Below are positions 55,146 to 64,000 of a stretch of 64,000 nt of DNA, piece after piece. Location: positions 144,265 to 208,264 of the IMG/VR virus record IMGVR_UViG_3300014205_000002, one strand, 5' to 3'. The notes under the pieces were generated by a model, which searched no databases, had not been told where the DNA came from, and saw only the letters and a list, made by a program, of their open reading frames with translations. How positions within the stretch are numbered: position 1 is the first letter of the stretch; each line of letters starts with the position of its first letter. Source of the stretch: a virus (taxonomy: Duplodnaviria; Caudoviricetes). Made by a program: the position numbers and the translations under genes.

Positions 55146-58100
55146 ATGACCATTGACAACACTGCGATCACCACGGAGTTGCAGGCTCAGTACGCGTCGG
55201 ACAAGCCCGCCTCGTATGCCCATTACGCGCTGCGCCTGATCGAGAAGCTCTACAAGGCGCGCCAGGTCGAAGAGACACCCGTTGAGGCGTCCTTGACGGC
55301 GCGCATTCAGGTCGAAGAGGTCGCCTCCGGCATCGTCACCGTCGAGGCGCTCCTGCGCGAAGATGTCGCCTACGCCTATACGTCGGCTGCGGAGCTGCGC
55401 TCGCAGGCCAAGCTCGCGCTGGTGATGGCGAGCAGCCAGGCGCTGACCTTCGCGCATGAAGCGGGCGACGGTTACGTCACTGTCACCGGACCGAACCTTC
55501 CGACTGCGGGCATCGAGGCCGGCATGTACGTGAAGGCCAAGGTGCGCGGCGGTTTCCCTCGGACCAAGGGCGTTCAGGTGATCGCGAAAACCGGGGAGGG
55601 CACAAAGTGTCGCGTCGAGGCCAAGGTCTCCGAGCGCGCCATCAGCGTCGGGCGCATCGACGGCACCTTCGCCTACGGCAGCGTCGAGTGGCCGGTGGCC
55701 TCGGCCACCTCCGCGACGGCCATTCGCTTCGTGGGGCAAGCGTTCGCGGACATCGAGAAGCCCGGCGTCGACTTCACCGACAAGGTTGCGGCGGGCGACA
55801 TCGTGCGCGTGCTCGCGCGGGCTGCGGCCCCGGCGACCGTCAACCCTGCCTTCGTGGGCTACTACACGGTGATCGCTGCGGGGTTGAGCTTCGTGCGTGT
55901 CTCCGCCACCCGGCTCACGCGCACGAGCGAGGGCGTCTATGCGGTGGAGGTGCCGGCGGCCGCGATGCCCGAGTTTGAGGACAACGTCGACGTTCAGGTG
56001 GTGCGCACACGCCAGGACGTGACCTACCTGCGCGATGCCGGCGAGACCTTCGCGGGCATTGGGGCGGACGACTGGGTTAGAAACACGCAATCGCCACGCA
56101 AGGTCTTCAAGGTGCTGGAGCGGCTCAGCTCGGGGTTGCTGCTACTGGAGAACAAGCAATACACCGGAAACCAGGCCCCCTACACCCTCGTCGGGCCCGT
56201 TGGGTCGACCTTTGGCACCAACCTCTGGAACTACGGCATCTACCGGGCTCCGCTCGGCAAGATGGCGATCTTTCGCATCACCGATCCCGATGCCAACTTC
56301 AACTACGTGCGCGTTGGCGACATGGTGAAGCTCAAGAACCGCTCGGGTCTGCTCGATCCCACCGCCAACACCAGCAAGGTGCCGGGCATCTACAAGGTGG
56401 CGTCTGTCCCCAGCGCGAACGTCATCAACCTGGAAAGCACGCGCCACGATCAGGTTGGCAACCAGTTCGTGGCCGATGGCACCTTCTACGAGACCTTCAA
56501 CGACAATGCGGCCTATGAGGCATACCGCTTCGCCCAGGCATTCCCGCACGCCGCGCTCTACAAGGTGACGAGCGTGGGCGCTGGCTACGTGCGACTCCAG
56601 ATGAACTTCTTCAACGGTTATGCGGGCTATGCGGGCGTCTTCACGCAGGGCGGGGCTGTTGACGTGTTTGATGACGTCATGGATGCGGACTTCCTGCGTG
56701 TCCATGATGATGCGCTCGCGCTGATCGCGGCCGGAACCACCCTCAACGTCAAGATTCAACCAGGCGACTACATCACGCTCGTGCGGCGCACCGTGGCACC
56801 CGCGACCCAGCGTGCGGGCACGGGCGACACCTTCCGCGTCGCCAGCTCCCCGCGCAAGGATGTCCTGCTGCTTGAGCGACAGAGGCTGCGAGGGGACTTC
56901 ATCGACGCAGGCGCTCGGCGCGCACCATACCTGACTTTCGGTAGTCAGCTAACGGGCGAATGGGCGGATGCCTGCGACTTCACGGCTACCCGCGTATTCC
57001 CTGGCGAGTACCGGTTTGCGCTCGCGACCGTGGAAACCGGCGGGCCACTCCAGGGCTTCTTTGCGGCCGCGCGCGCCGGCGACTACATGGAGGTAGCCAG
57101 TGGGCCTGCGCAGACGATCGGGGCCTGGATGGTCGAGGCAAAGGTGAGCGACAACCAGTTGCGCCTCAAGAAGGACGCGCTTTTCAGTCGACTCGCCGAC
57201 GTCTTTACGCCAGCCGTCCAGACCATCAGCCCGTTTCGCGAGAACCTGCCCATCGTCATCTCGCGCTACGCGGATCATGTCACCGAGATGTACCTGGAGC
57301 GAGCGGGCGGCTGGGGCGACGCGACGATCTGGCTCTACAACGACTCCAATCATGACGTCTTCACCTTCGTCTACGACGGGGTTGAGCGCACCTTCGCCAG
57401 CATGGCGATCGTCGGCAACATACTGTACCTCCATCCACGCTTCGTGACGGGCTCAAATGGAAGCTACGTGCTCGGCGCGCTCAATGCGACGGCGTTTGCG
57501 ACCGAACTCGTGCAGGTCACGCGTATCCGGCCGGTCGAGGATCTCGACATCACGAATGCCTACCTCAACATCTTCCGCACGCTGATCCTGCCCAACGACA
57601 AGCGCCAGGTGCTAGACAGGATGGTCAATGCGATCGTGCCGCCGAACGTGAGCGATCGCTACAGCGACACCATGCTCGCGGCCGCACGCATGGCTTGCGA
57701 TCAGGTTAGCTACATCTCGGATACCGCTGTGTCAGTCAAAGGCTCCTCCATCTCGCCTTCTGTCGCCCGTGACGCACTGCCACCCTTTGAGTTTCAGCCA
57801 GACGAGGTCCTGCTGAAACAGGACGCCTTCCAGCAGGCTGTTGCGGTCGCCGTGTCCGTCGACTTCGATCCTGGCTACCTCGGCAAGACGTTCTCCGAAC
57901 TCAAGGATCTGTACGTCGACGCCAGACTGCGCGAGGACGGGTTCACCGCGCTCTCCGCCTACGCTGCCGCAGCCGGAGTACCTCCAGGGGTTCGCCGAAT
58001 GGAGCTGGCGCTCGCGGCGGTGGGCAAGATGTTCGTCGCCAAGAACCAGGACGCCGTCGAGTCGGCATTGCGCCAGCGCAACCGCGCCGATCTGATCACG

Positions 58101-59555
58101 AGCTTCAACAACCAGATCACCAACCTGAAAGCCATCGTCGCGAGCTTGCTTCCCGCAGGCTTCGCCAATGCCGATCGCATGTTCGTCAAGGACGACCCGA
58201 TACCGATCGCCGACTCCCTGTTGTTCCTGATCCCATTCACCACGCTCGGCAAGATCAAAAACCCCTCCGCCCGCGAGCGACGCGATGCGCTCAAGGGCAT
58301 GATCTCGGTGCCGGCCGATCGCACGCTCCGGGCGAAGCGCCGCAGTTATGCACTGCGCAAGAACCACGCCAACAAGTGCGCGACGAGCGCAGAGGACACG
58401 ACGCGCCACCTCACGGTCGCGACGGATCCGGCGATCGTCACTGCCTTGTCGAGCGCACTCAGCGTCTTCCAGAGCTGCACGACCAGCCAGGGCGCGCTGG
58501 CTGACGACATCGGTGAGGACCTCGACGCCCAGGGCTCCGAACGGCCCGAGATCTTTCCGTCCGTCGACCCCAACGACCAACAGGCCTTCTCCCAGAGCTA
58601 CGCGAGCGTGGACACGCCCCCAGCGGCCCAGATGCAGCTGGTGGTTCGCCCGACGCCGGCCGTGCCCTTCCCATCGACCGCAGCGCAGCCCGTGGCTGCC
58701 GACGCGGCCGGCGGAGACGGCGTCATCGTGCCGGTCGTGCGGGACGGAAATATCACCAACCTGTTCGACAATGACGTGCAGGACTTCCGACAGACGGGCA
58801 TCGTGCTACCGCTCGACTTCCTTGACCAGGACCCTGGCAAGAACAACCGCGATCGCCTGAGCTCGATCTTCCTCGTCGACAGCAACGGCACACCCGTGAG
58901 CAACTTCGCCATGAAGGCAGCCGGCAAGCCACGCACGAACGTCTATAACCACTTCATCCTCCAGAAGTGGGACGAGACGCACATCGAGAAGGTCCAGCTG
59001 CAAGACACGCTGGGGGACGGCTTCGTACTGAACACCTTCGGCGCAGCCCCGCAGGCCTGGAGCCTGTCTGGCGTGCTGCTCAACGATATCCTCAGCGATC
59101 AGCTGGTGCGCTTCCGCGATCTATGGGACTCGGACTTGCGCGCCTCGAAGCTCGCGAAGAACGGCTACAAGATGGCGATCAACGTGCCTGCCGCTGGCAT
59201 CATCGTGCTGGGCTACGGCATCAACCTCCAACTCTCCGTCGACGCCAACGGAAACGAGGGCCTGGTGCCCTTCGCCATGCAGTTCATCGTGGCGCGCTGG
59301 TACCCGCTACCGCTGATCAACCACGTGGACGCGAACAAGATGGGGATCGCCCGCAAGCTCACCGAGATGAACGGCGGTCGCGTGTTCTCCCGGCTGCGTC
59401 CAGCCGGCCAGCCGGCGAAGGCTGCACTTGCAACCCCCCGCGCGAGCAACCTGCTCGACTCGGCCAAGGCCAAGGCCGGCGAGGCCCTCACGAGCCTGCT
59501 CGATCCAGGCCTGCGACAGAGTGTCAGCGGCCTCGGCATCAACTTCTTCGGGTAG
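55146..59555 (+). CDS. Large tail/baseplate structural protein
   Basis: 1469 aa with repeated beta modules (xGDxV..GxYxV). The C-terminal FILQ..E..IEKVQL..T.G..FG..P..SGVLLN domain resembles tail-tube/baseplate initiators. TATAAT and GGAGG lie upstream. Confidence 0.6.
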   Translation: MTIDNTAITTELQAQYASDKPASYAHYALRLIEKLYKARQVEETPVEASLTARIQVEEVASGIVTVEALLREDVAYAYTSAAELRSQAKLALVMASSQALTFAHEAGDGYVTVTGPNLPTAGIEAGMYVKAKVRGGFPRTKGVQVIAKTGEGTKCRVEAKVSERAISVGRIDGTFAYGSVEWPVASATSATAIRFVGQAFADIEKPGVDFTDKVAAGDIVRVLARAAAPATVNPAFVGYYTVIAAGLSFVRVSATRLTRTSEGVYAVEVPAAAMPEFEDNVDVQVVRTRQDVTYLRDAGETFAGIGADDWVRNTQSPRKVFKVLERLSSGLLLLENKQYTGNQAPYTLVGPVGSTFGTNLWNYGIYRAPLGKMAIFRITDPDANFNYVRVGDMVKLKNRSGLLDPTANTSKVPGIYKVASVPSANVINLESTRHDQVGNQFVADGTFYETFNDNAAYEAYRFAQAFPHAALYKVTSVGAGYVRLQMNFFNGYAGYAGVFTQGGAVDVFDDVMDADFLRVHDDALALIAAGTTLNVKIQPGDYITLVRRTVAPATQRAGTGDTFRVASSPRKDVLLLERQRLRGDFIDAGARRAPYLTFGSQLTGEWADACDFTATRVFPGEYRFALATVETGGPLQGFFAAARAGDYMEVASGPAQTIGAWMVEAKVSDNQLRLKKDALFSRLADVFTPAVQTISPFRENLPIVISRYADHVTEMYLERAGGWGDATIWLYNDSNHDVFTFVYDGVERTFASMAIVGNILYLHPRFVTGSNGSYVLGALNATAFATELVQVTRIRPVEDLDITNAYLNIFRTLILPNDKRQVLDRMVNAIVPPNVSDRYSDTMLAAARMACDQVSYISDTAVSVKGSSISPSVARDALPPFEFQPDEVLLKQDAFQQAVAVAVSVDFDPGYLGKTFSELKDLYVDARLREDGFTALSAYAAAAGVPPGVRRMELALAAVGKMFVAKNQDAVESALRQRNRADLITSFNNQITNLKAIVASLLPAGFANADRMFVKDDPIPIADSLLFLIPFTTLGKIKNPSARERRDALKGMISVPADRTLRAKRRSYALRKNHANKCATSAEDTTRHLTVATDPAIVTALSSALSVFQSCTTSQGALADDIGEDLDAQGSERPEIFPSVDPNDQQAFSQSYASVDTPPAAQMQLVVRPTPAVPFPSTAAQPVAADAAGGDGVIVPVVRDGNITNLFDNDVQDFRQTGIVLPLDFLDQDPGKNNRDRLSSIFLVDSNGTPVSNFAMKAAGKPRTNVYNHFILQKWDETHIEKVQLQDTLGDGFVLNTFGAAPQAWSLSGVLLNDILSDQLVRFRDLWDSDLRASKLAKNGYKMAINVPAAGIIVLGYGINLQLSVDANGNEGLVPFAMQFIVARWYPLPLINHVDANKMGIARKLTEMNGGRVFSRLRPAGQPAKAALATPRASNLLDSAKAKAGEALTSLLDPGLRQSVSGLGINFFG

Positions 59556-59564
59556 GAGATCCCC

Positions 59565-61013
59565 ATGCTCGCCATCAGCTTCAACCCCTGGGCCGTGGGC
59601 TCGACCCTCGCCCGCGTGTTCTATCAGGTACTCGATCCGCTGGGTGACGGGATTGCCCAGGTCGCCTACAAGATCTACCGTGACGGTGAGGAGCCACCAA
59701 CCTGGCTGGTTACCGGGGCGGCCTCCGCCGAGCTGAGCATCGACGTCACGAACTACACCGGCGTGGTTCACGTCAAGGTGCGAGCCACGGACTTCTCGTC
59801 GGTGGCTGCCGAGGACACCTCACAGGGGAGCGTGGCGAACTTCGTGACGCCAACGGCCCCTGACTGGGTTAGCTTTCGCGGCAAGGCCGCCATGTCGATC
59901 ACCTTCGTCTGGGGGGCCGATCTCGTCAGCCCCACCGTGACGAGCTGGCGAGTGATCGGTTACAACCACGACGGTCAGCCGAGCATCCTCGCAGACAAGC
60001 CCGTTGGCGAGCGCGAGGCGGCGATCGCCACCGACACGAGCCTGCTGTACCAGGTGCGTGTCTACGGCGTGACGACCCAGGGCCAGCTCTCCGCACCGAG
60101 CCCGGTCCTGACCGTGAGCCCCGACCCCTTCGGCCCGCAGATCTTCCTGGAGCCCTGGACCCTCAATGCCCTGCGGGCGGAGATGGGCTACGGCATCGCC
60201 ACCGGCGGCACGCTCAGCTTCATCCATTGGTCGGTCACGCGCTCGGACGGATTGCAGGACTCGGGCTACGGCCTGGCTCAGGGCCAGTTCGGCATCGACA
60301 CCGTGAACTTCGTGGGCACCGTGTACTTCACCGTGACGGCGATCGACAACCAGGGCCGCGCGACCACGGTCACCTCACAGGTCACCTTGTTCAACCGTCC
60401 GCCCCTGGCTCCGAGCGTGGTCATCGAGGAGGTCGGCATCCACTTCGTGCGCCTGCGGGTAAACCCTGCGGTCGAGCCAGACATGGCGATCGCCGCCGTG
60501 CGCTTCTATGGCCCGGACGGCCCGGTCGAGGTCGGCTCGCCGTACGTCCACACCTTCGCGGATCTGGCCTCCTCGACGCGCTACCTGATCGCCGCATCAA
60601 GCATCAACCCAGACGGCGTGGCCGGCCCCGCATCGCTGCCGGCGGATGTGACGACGCTCGTCGACCCGTTCGCGCCGCCGCCTGGCTCAAACGCGATCAC
60701 CGAGCTCCTCGCCGAGCGCGTCGCGAACATGATCACAGGCGACGTGCGCGCCTACCTCCTCCAGCTGTCGACAGACACGCGCATCCGTGCGCCGCTCGCG
60801 CTCCAGGTGGTCGAGTCGCCCGTGGGCATGGACTCGCTGCTGGAGTTGTTCCGGCCGATCGCCTCGGACTTCGGCGCGATCCTGCGTCGCGAGACGCGCG
60901 ACTCCGCGAGCTACGACGCCTCCGAGCTGATTGACAAACTGCCAGACCCCTTGGAGAAGCTGATCGTGTATGCCGAGCGCCTGGCGTACGGCAACATCTG
61001 GAACAAGGGCTGA
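59565..61013 (+). CDS. Fibronectin type III/Ig-like domain virion protein
   Basis: YQVRVYGVTTQGQLSAPS, FTVTAIDNQG, LASSTRYLIAASSINPDGVAGPAS. Confidence 0.7.
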   Translation: MLAISFNPWAVGSTLARVFYQVLDPLGDGIAQVAYKIYRDGEEPPTWLVTGAASAELSIDVTNYTGVVHVKVRATDFSSVAAEDTSQGSVANFVTPTAPDWVSFRGKAAMSITFVWGADLVSPTVTSWRVIGYNHDGQPSILADKPVGEREAAIATDTSLLYQVRVYGVTTQGQLSAPSPVLTVSPDPFGPQIFLEPWTLNALRAEMGYGIATGGTLSFIHWSVTRSDGLQDSGYGLAQGQFGIDTVNFVGTVYFTVTAIDNQGRATTVTSQVTLFNRPPLAPSVVIEEVGIHFVRLRVNPAVEPDMAIAAVRFYGPDGPVEVGSPYVHTFADLASSTRYLIAASSINPDGVAGPASLPADVTTLVDPFAPPPGSNAITELLAERVANMITGDVRAYLLQLSTDTRIRAPLALQVVESPVGMDSLLELFRPIASDFGAILRRETRDSASYDASELIDKLPDPLEKLIVYAERLAYGNIWNKG

Positions 61014-61048
61014 GCCCCCATGGTATCCTCGGATCGAGGTGACGACCG

Positions 61049-64000
61049 ATGCCTGTAACCAACATCCCGACCCCGGTGGTCGCCATCCCCTTCGACGGAC
61101 GGAACGCCGTCTACATCGAGGGGGTTTACTGCGCGTTCTCTCAGGTCCAGCTAGTCACCGAGGATGGCACCGTACCCCGCCTCCAGCTGACCATCCCTGC
61201 GACCGAGGAGATGGTGACGCTGCCGCGCCGCGCGCGCGTCCACGTCATGCATCGCGAGATCATCAAGGACGAGTGGGTCTGCCTGATGGAGGCGGAGGTC
61301 GTACGGCGCGGCTGGCAGAAGAACGACTCCAACCGCGATCTGTACTTTGAGGCGGCCCATGTAGTCATCCACCTCGACAGCTACTCGATCCAGAGCCTCG
61401 ACCCCGCCCAGGCCACCATGGCGGCCATGCGCGGAACCGACCTGACCACCCCCACGATGGGGGCGGCGCTCGGCAACATCATGGAGTTGCTGCATCCGGA
61501 TGCTGTACTCGCGGAGCTGGCGCTCCTGGGCATCACCATCAAGCAGAGCGAGATGACGTTCGCCCACTGGACGATCGCCGCCTATCAGCGCTACACCAAG
61601 CTAATCGAGGCCTCGCGGGTCCGGAACAGCTACTCGCACCGCGCGACCCAGTTCCACCGCCTGTTCGACCGGGTGGTCACGCCAGACCCCGCACTGATGA
61701 AGTGGGACGAGTTCTACACCACGCTCATGAGCATGGTATTCACGCAGAGTGCTCAGGGCTTCGGCGGTGAGATCAGCTTCTTTCAGCTGATCCAGACGGT
61801 CGCCCAGCACTTCCTCTACAACGTCAGCGTGGTGCCGAACGCCGAGCACTACAAGCACCAGATCCAGGTGCGGCCGCAGACCTTCTTCAATGCGATCCCG
61901 CGCTGCAATGTGGTCTACCCCAGTCTCTCCGAGAACATCGACTTCATGGAGAACCTGGAGACCAAGCCCACGCGAATGATGGCGCAGTTTCTGCCGCTCG
62001 GCACGAGCCCGAGCCAGGACCTCACGGCGCTCGCGCGCTACATCACCGTGTACGGCCCGAACGAGCTCCAGTGGCGCTGGAAGAACATCAATAAGGCCCT
62101 GACCGCCGGCGGCACGAGCCAGGCTGGCGTCGCCAACGTTGACGCCACCACCAAGGCGCTCACGGTGACAGCCCCGAAAGACGGCATCCCCTTCCTCACG
62201 CGCGAGGAGGATCAGCGCGGTATCCGCTCGGAGTCCTATGCGATCCCGCCGACCCTGAACGCCGCGATCATGGCGCTCGTCCAGAAGGGTCCGGCGGTCG
62301 AGGAGGACAGCCCCCTGCCCACGCCTGAGGGCGACGATGCGATCGGCAGCCAGGCCTTCACCATGCTGCGCGCCGACGACGAGGGCAGTCGCATCACGAA
62401 GTACTGGTCCTTCCTCTGCATGGCGCTCGGTGACGGCAACGGCATCGATCCGAAGAAATTCGCGGGCCCCTACAAGAAGCTCGGCCAAGGCCTGGTGGTT
62501 GCGCCGACCAAGGGGCGTTTCGTGGGTCAGCCGCTCATGCGACCCCGACGCATCACGATCATGGGGCTCAAGATCCCCGTACGCTACGGTGAGGGCAAGA
62601 ACTACAAGCCGGTGCTGAACGTCGAGCCCTTGCAGGCCGCTGGCGTAAACTATTACATCGACCGCAAGGGCACCATCATCCAGGTCCTTCCCAGGCGCTA
62701 CCATCTGTTCTCCGAGCCCGTGGCGCTGCCCCTAGGGGTGGTCGTCCAGGGCGTGAGCAACGAAGAGGCGCGCCTGATCAACCTCCAGATGCCGCCCAAG
62801 AACCTGAGCTTCAAGGCCTCGGCGGCGCTCGCGAAGGCGAACTTTACGGCCTTCATGCAGGCCCCCTGGCCGGCCGCACTCACGGCTGCGGGTAAGGGGC
62901 AACCCGTTGGCGGGATCATCAACCAGGTCTTCTTTGACTCAGCCTGGGTCGCTGCGAACGTCCCCGAGGGCATGCACTTCATTATGGAGGATGCGAAGTT
63001 CGACAAGATCGCCCCCGGCGACGAGGTGACGATCGCGAGCTACTCGCCCTCGGGCGGGCCCACGCGACAGGAGACCGGCATCAAGGTCGTCGAGAAGCTC
63101 AAGGTGGGCACTGTCTACTGGATCAGGCTCTCGCGTGCAGTCATCAAGCGGGGCGACCAGGTGGCCTTCAAGATCGTGAACACGCTGGCTCCGGACACGG
63201 GTGCGACCACGGCGAAGCCCTGGCTAGTCATGGGTCAGGCCCCGGCTGCCGGCGCGCCGACCTTGCCGACCTCGACCCTCAATCGGATCGACGATCCGAT
63301 TCGCGAAGAGAGCAAGGTCACGGGCGGCAACCACTTCAACCTGGTGATCGGCCTGGAGTTGGAGGACAAGGCCTCTCAACCCACAAAGGAGCAGATCGTC
63401 GCGGCTGGCTTCCTCACGGCTGTCGTCCGCGAGTTGTCGGGCGACAAGGCCGGCACCGCCAAGCAGAAGCTGAACAGCGAGAGCGCCCGGGGTGTACGCA
63501 TCCCCTTGTCAGCGGTGCGCCAGGCCAAGGACTACTTCTCGACGTCGGGATACCCCTATGCGGAGCTGGGGGGTGCGGTGGTGCAGATTCGCTCCGAGGC
63601 GGCGATCATCGGCAATCGCCTCTATGCCGACTTCAATCGCTTCGACGAGGGCCTGCGCAAGGGTGGATTCTCGCCACTCGCAGACAAGATCGAGGTACCG
63701 TCCGAGGTGGCGGACTCAACCCTCCAAGCGGACATCAACGCTGGCTCTGTGGTGCAGCGTACGTCGGCGATCGCCAACAGCGCCAGCGCAGGCAAGGACG
63801 CAGTGACGGTGTCACGCATCGATCTCGACACCCAGAGCATGGCGTACTTCATCGACAAGTACGCCGCAGCCCTGGTGAACTTCCAGTTCTACAACGTGCG
63901 CTTCGGGCCCCAGGCCTTTGCGATGAAGATGGTCTTCAACCCCTACATGATCGTGGGTTACCCCTCGCTGATCCTCGATGACTCAGACGCGCGCTACCAT
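61049..64000 (+). CDS. Baseplate hub-like protein, 3'-truncated (absent from the ORF track)
   Basis: ATG 61049 with SD GAGG. Segments I translated are in one frame, from MPVTNIP..VYIEGV..LQLTIP to FNPYMIVGYPSLILD at the window end. Contains an amidase-like segment. Confidence 0.65.
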   Translation, partial: MPVTNIPTPVVAIPFDGRNAVYIEGVYCAFSQVQLVTEDGTVPRLQLTIPATEEMVTLPRRARVHVMHREIIKDEWVCLMEAEVVRRGWQKNDSNRDLYFEAAHVVIHLDSYSIQSLDPAQATMAAMRGTDLTTPTMGAALGNIMELLHPDAVLAELALLGITIKQSEMTFAHWTIAAYQRYTKLIEASRVRNSYSHRATQFHRLFDRVVTPDPALMKWDEFYTTLMSMVFTQSAQGFGGEISFFQLIQTVAQHFLYNVSVVPNAEHYKHQIQVRPQTFFNAIPRCNVVYPSLSENIDFMENLETKPTRMMAQFLPLGTSPSQDLTALARYITVYGPNELQWRWKNINKALTAGGTSQAGVANVDATTKALTVTAPKDGIPFLTREEDQRGIRSESYAIPPTLNAAIMALVQKGPAVEEDSPLPTPEGDDAIGSQAFTMLRADDEGSRITKYWSFLCMALGDGNGIDPKKFAGPYKKLGQGLVVAPTKGRFVGQPLMRPRRITIMGLKIPVRYGEGKNYKPVLNVEPLQAAGVNYYIDRKGTIIQVLPRRYHLFSEPVALPLGVVVQGVSNEEARLINLQMPPKNLSFKASAALAKANFTAFMQAPWPAALTAAGKGQPVGGIINQVFFDSAWVAANVPEGMHFIMEDAKFDKIAPGDEVTIASYSPSGGPTRQETGIKVVEKLKVGTVYWIRLSRAVIKRGDQVAFKIVNTLAPDTGATTAKPWLVMGQAPAAGAPTLPTSTLNRIDDPIREESKVTGGNHFNLVIGLELEDKASQPTKEQIVAAGFLTAVVRELSGDKAGTAKQKLNSESARGVRIPLSAVRQAKDYFSTSGYPYAELGGAVVQIRSEAAIIGNRLYADFNRFDEGLRKGGFSPLADKIEVPSEVADSTLQADINAGSVVQRTSAIANSASAGKDAVTVSRIDLDTQSMAYFIDKYAAALVNFQFYNVRFGPQAFAMKMVFNPYMIVGYPSLILDDSDARYH

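Noticed and set aside
1-64000. tRNA/rRNA genes and alternative genetic code
   Set aside because: No cloverleaf or T-loop signatures were noticed in the short intergenic gaps. All three stop codons terminate intact genes under code 11.

Overview
This window is a GC-rich (about two-thirds GC by eye), densely coding segment of a large tailed-phage genome, probably a jumbo myovirus. I saw no rRNA, tRNA, CRISPR array or bacterial housekeeping operon. From left to right it holds: the 3' end of sbcC, HU and AbrB-like regulators, and probable virion and lysis genes (two peptidoglycan hydrolases sharing one N-terminal module). A long leftward block follows, with ThyX, an N6A-methylase, dUTPase, a C5-methylase, class II RNR, a degenerate Xer-like recombinase, ACP, DUF1643, an Acb2/Tad1-like protein and many small ORFs. 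A rightward block then carries a tail-assembly-chaperone pair with a -1 slippery site, membrane Zn-ribbon proteins, TrxB, a KGG protein and a two-OB SSB. The window ends with tape-measure, tail and baseplate genes running off the right edge. The most interesting signals are: (1) a cluster of mini-proteins sharing a C-terminal PD[LM]TE tag whose bodies resemble fragments of virion proteins, plus an exact RNR active-site peptide embedded in an unrelated protein, together suggesting a possible decoy/mimic system; (2) a C5-methylase with six tandem TRD-like modules; (3) about 50 copies of the cyanobacterial HIP1 palindrome GCGATCGC, three of them at fixed spacing in a bipartite promoter-like motif; (4) a dispersed FadR/GntR-like operator TTGGTCNGACC; (5) a four-copy parS-like palindrome array. 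All family calls come from motif recognition, not database searches.
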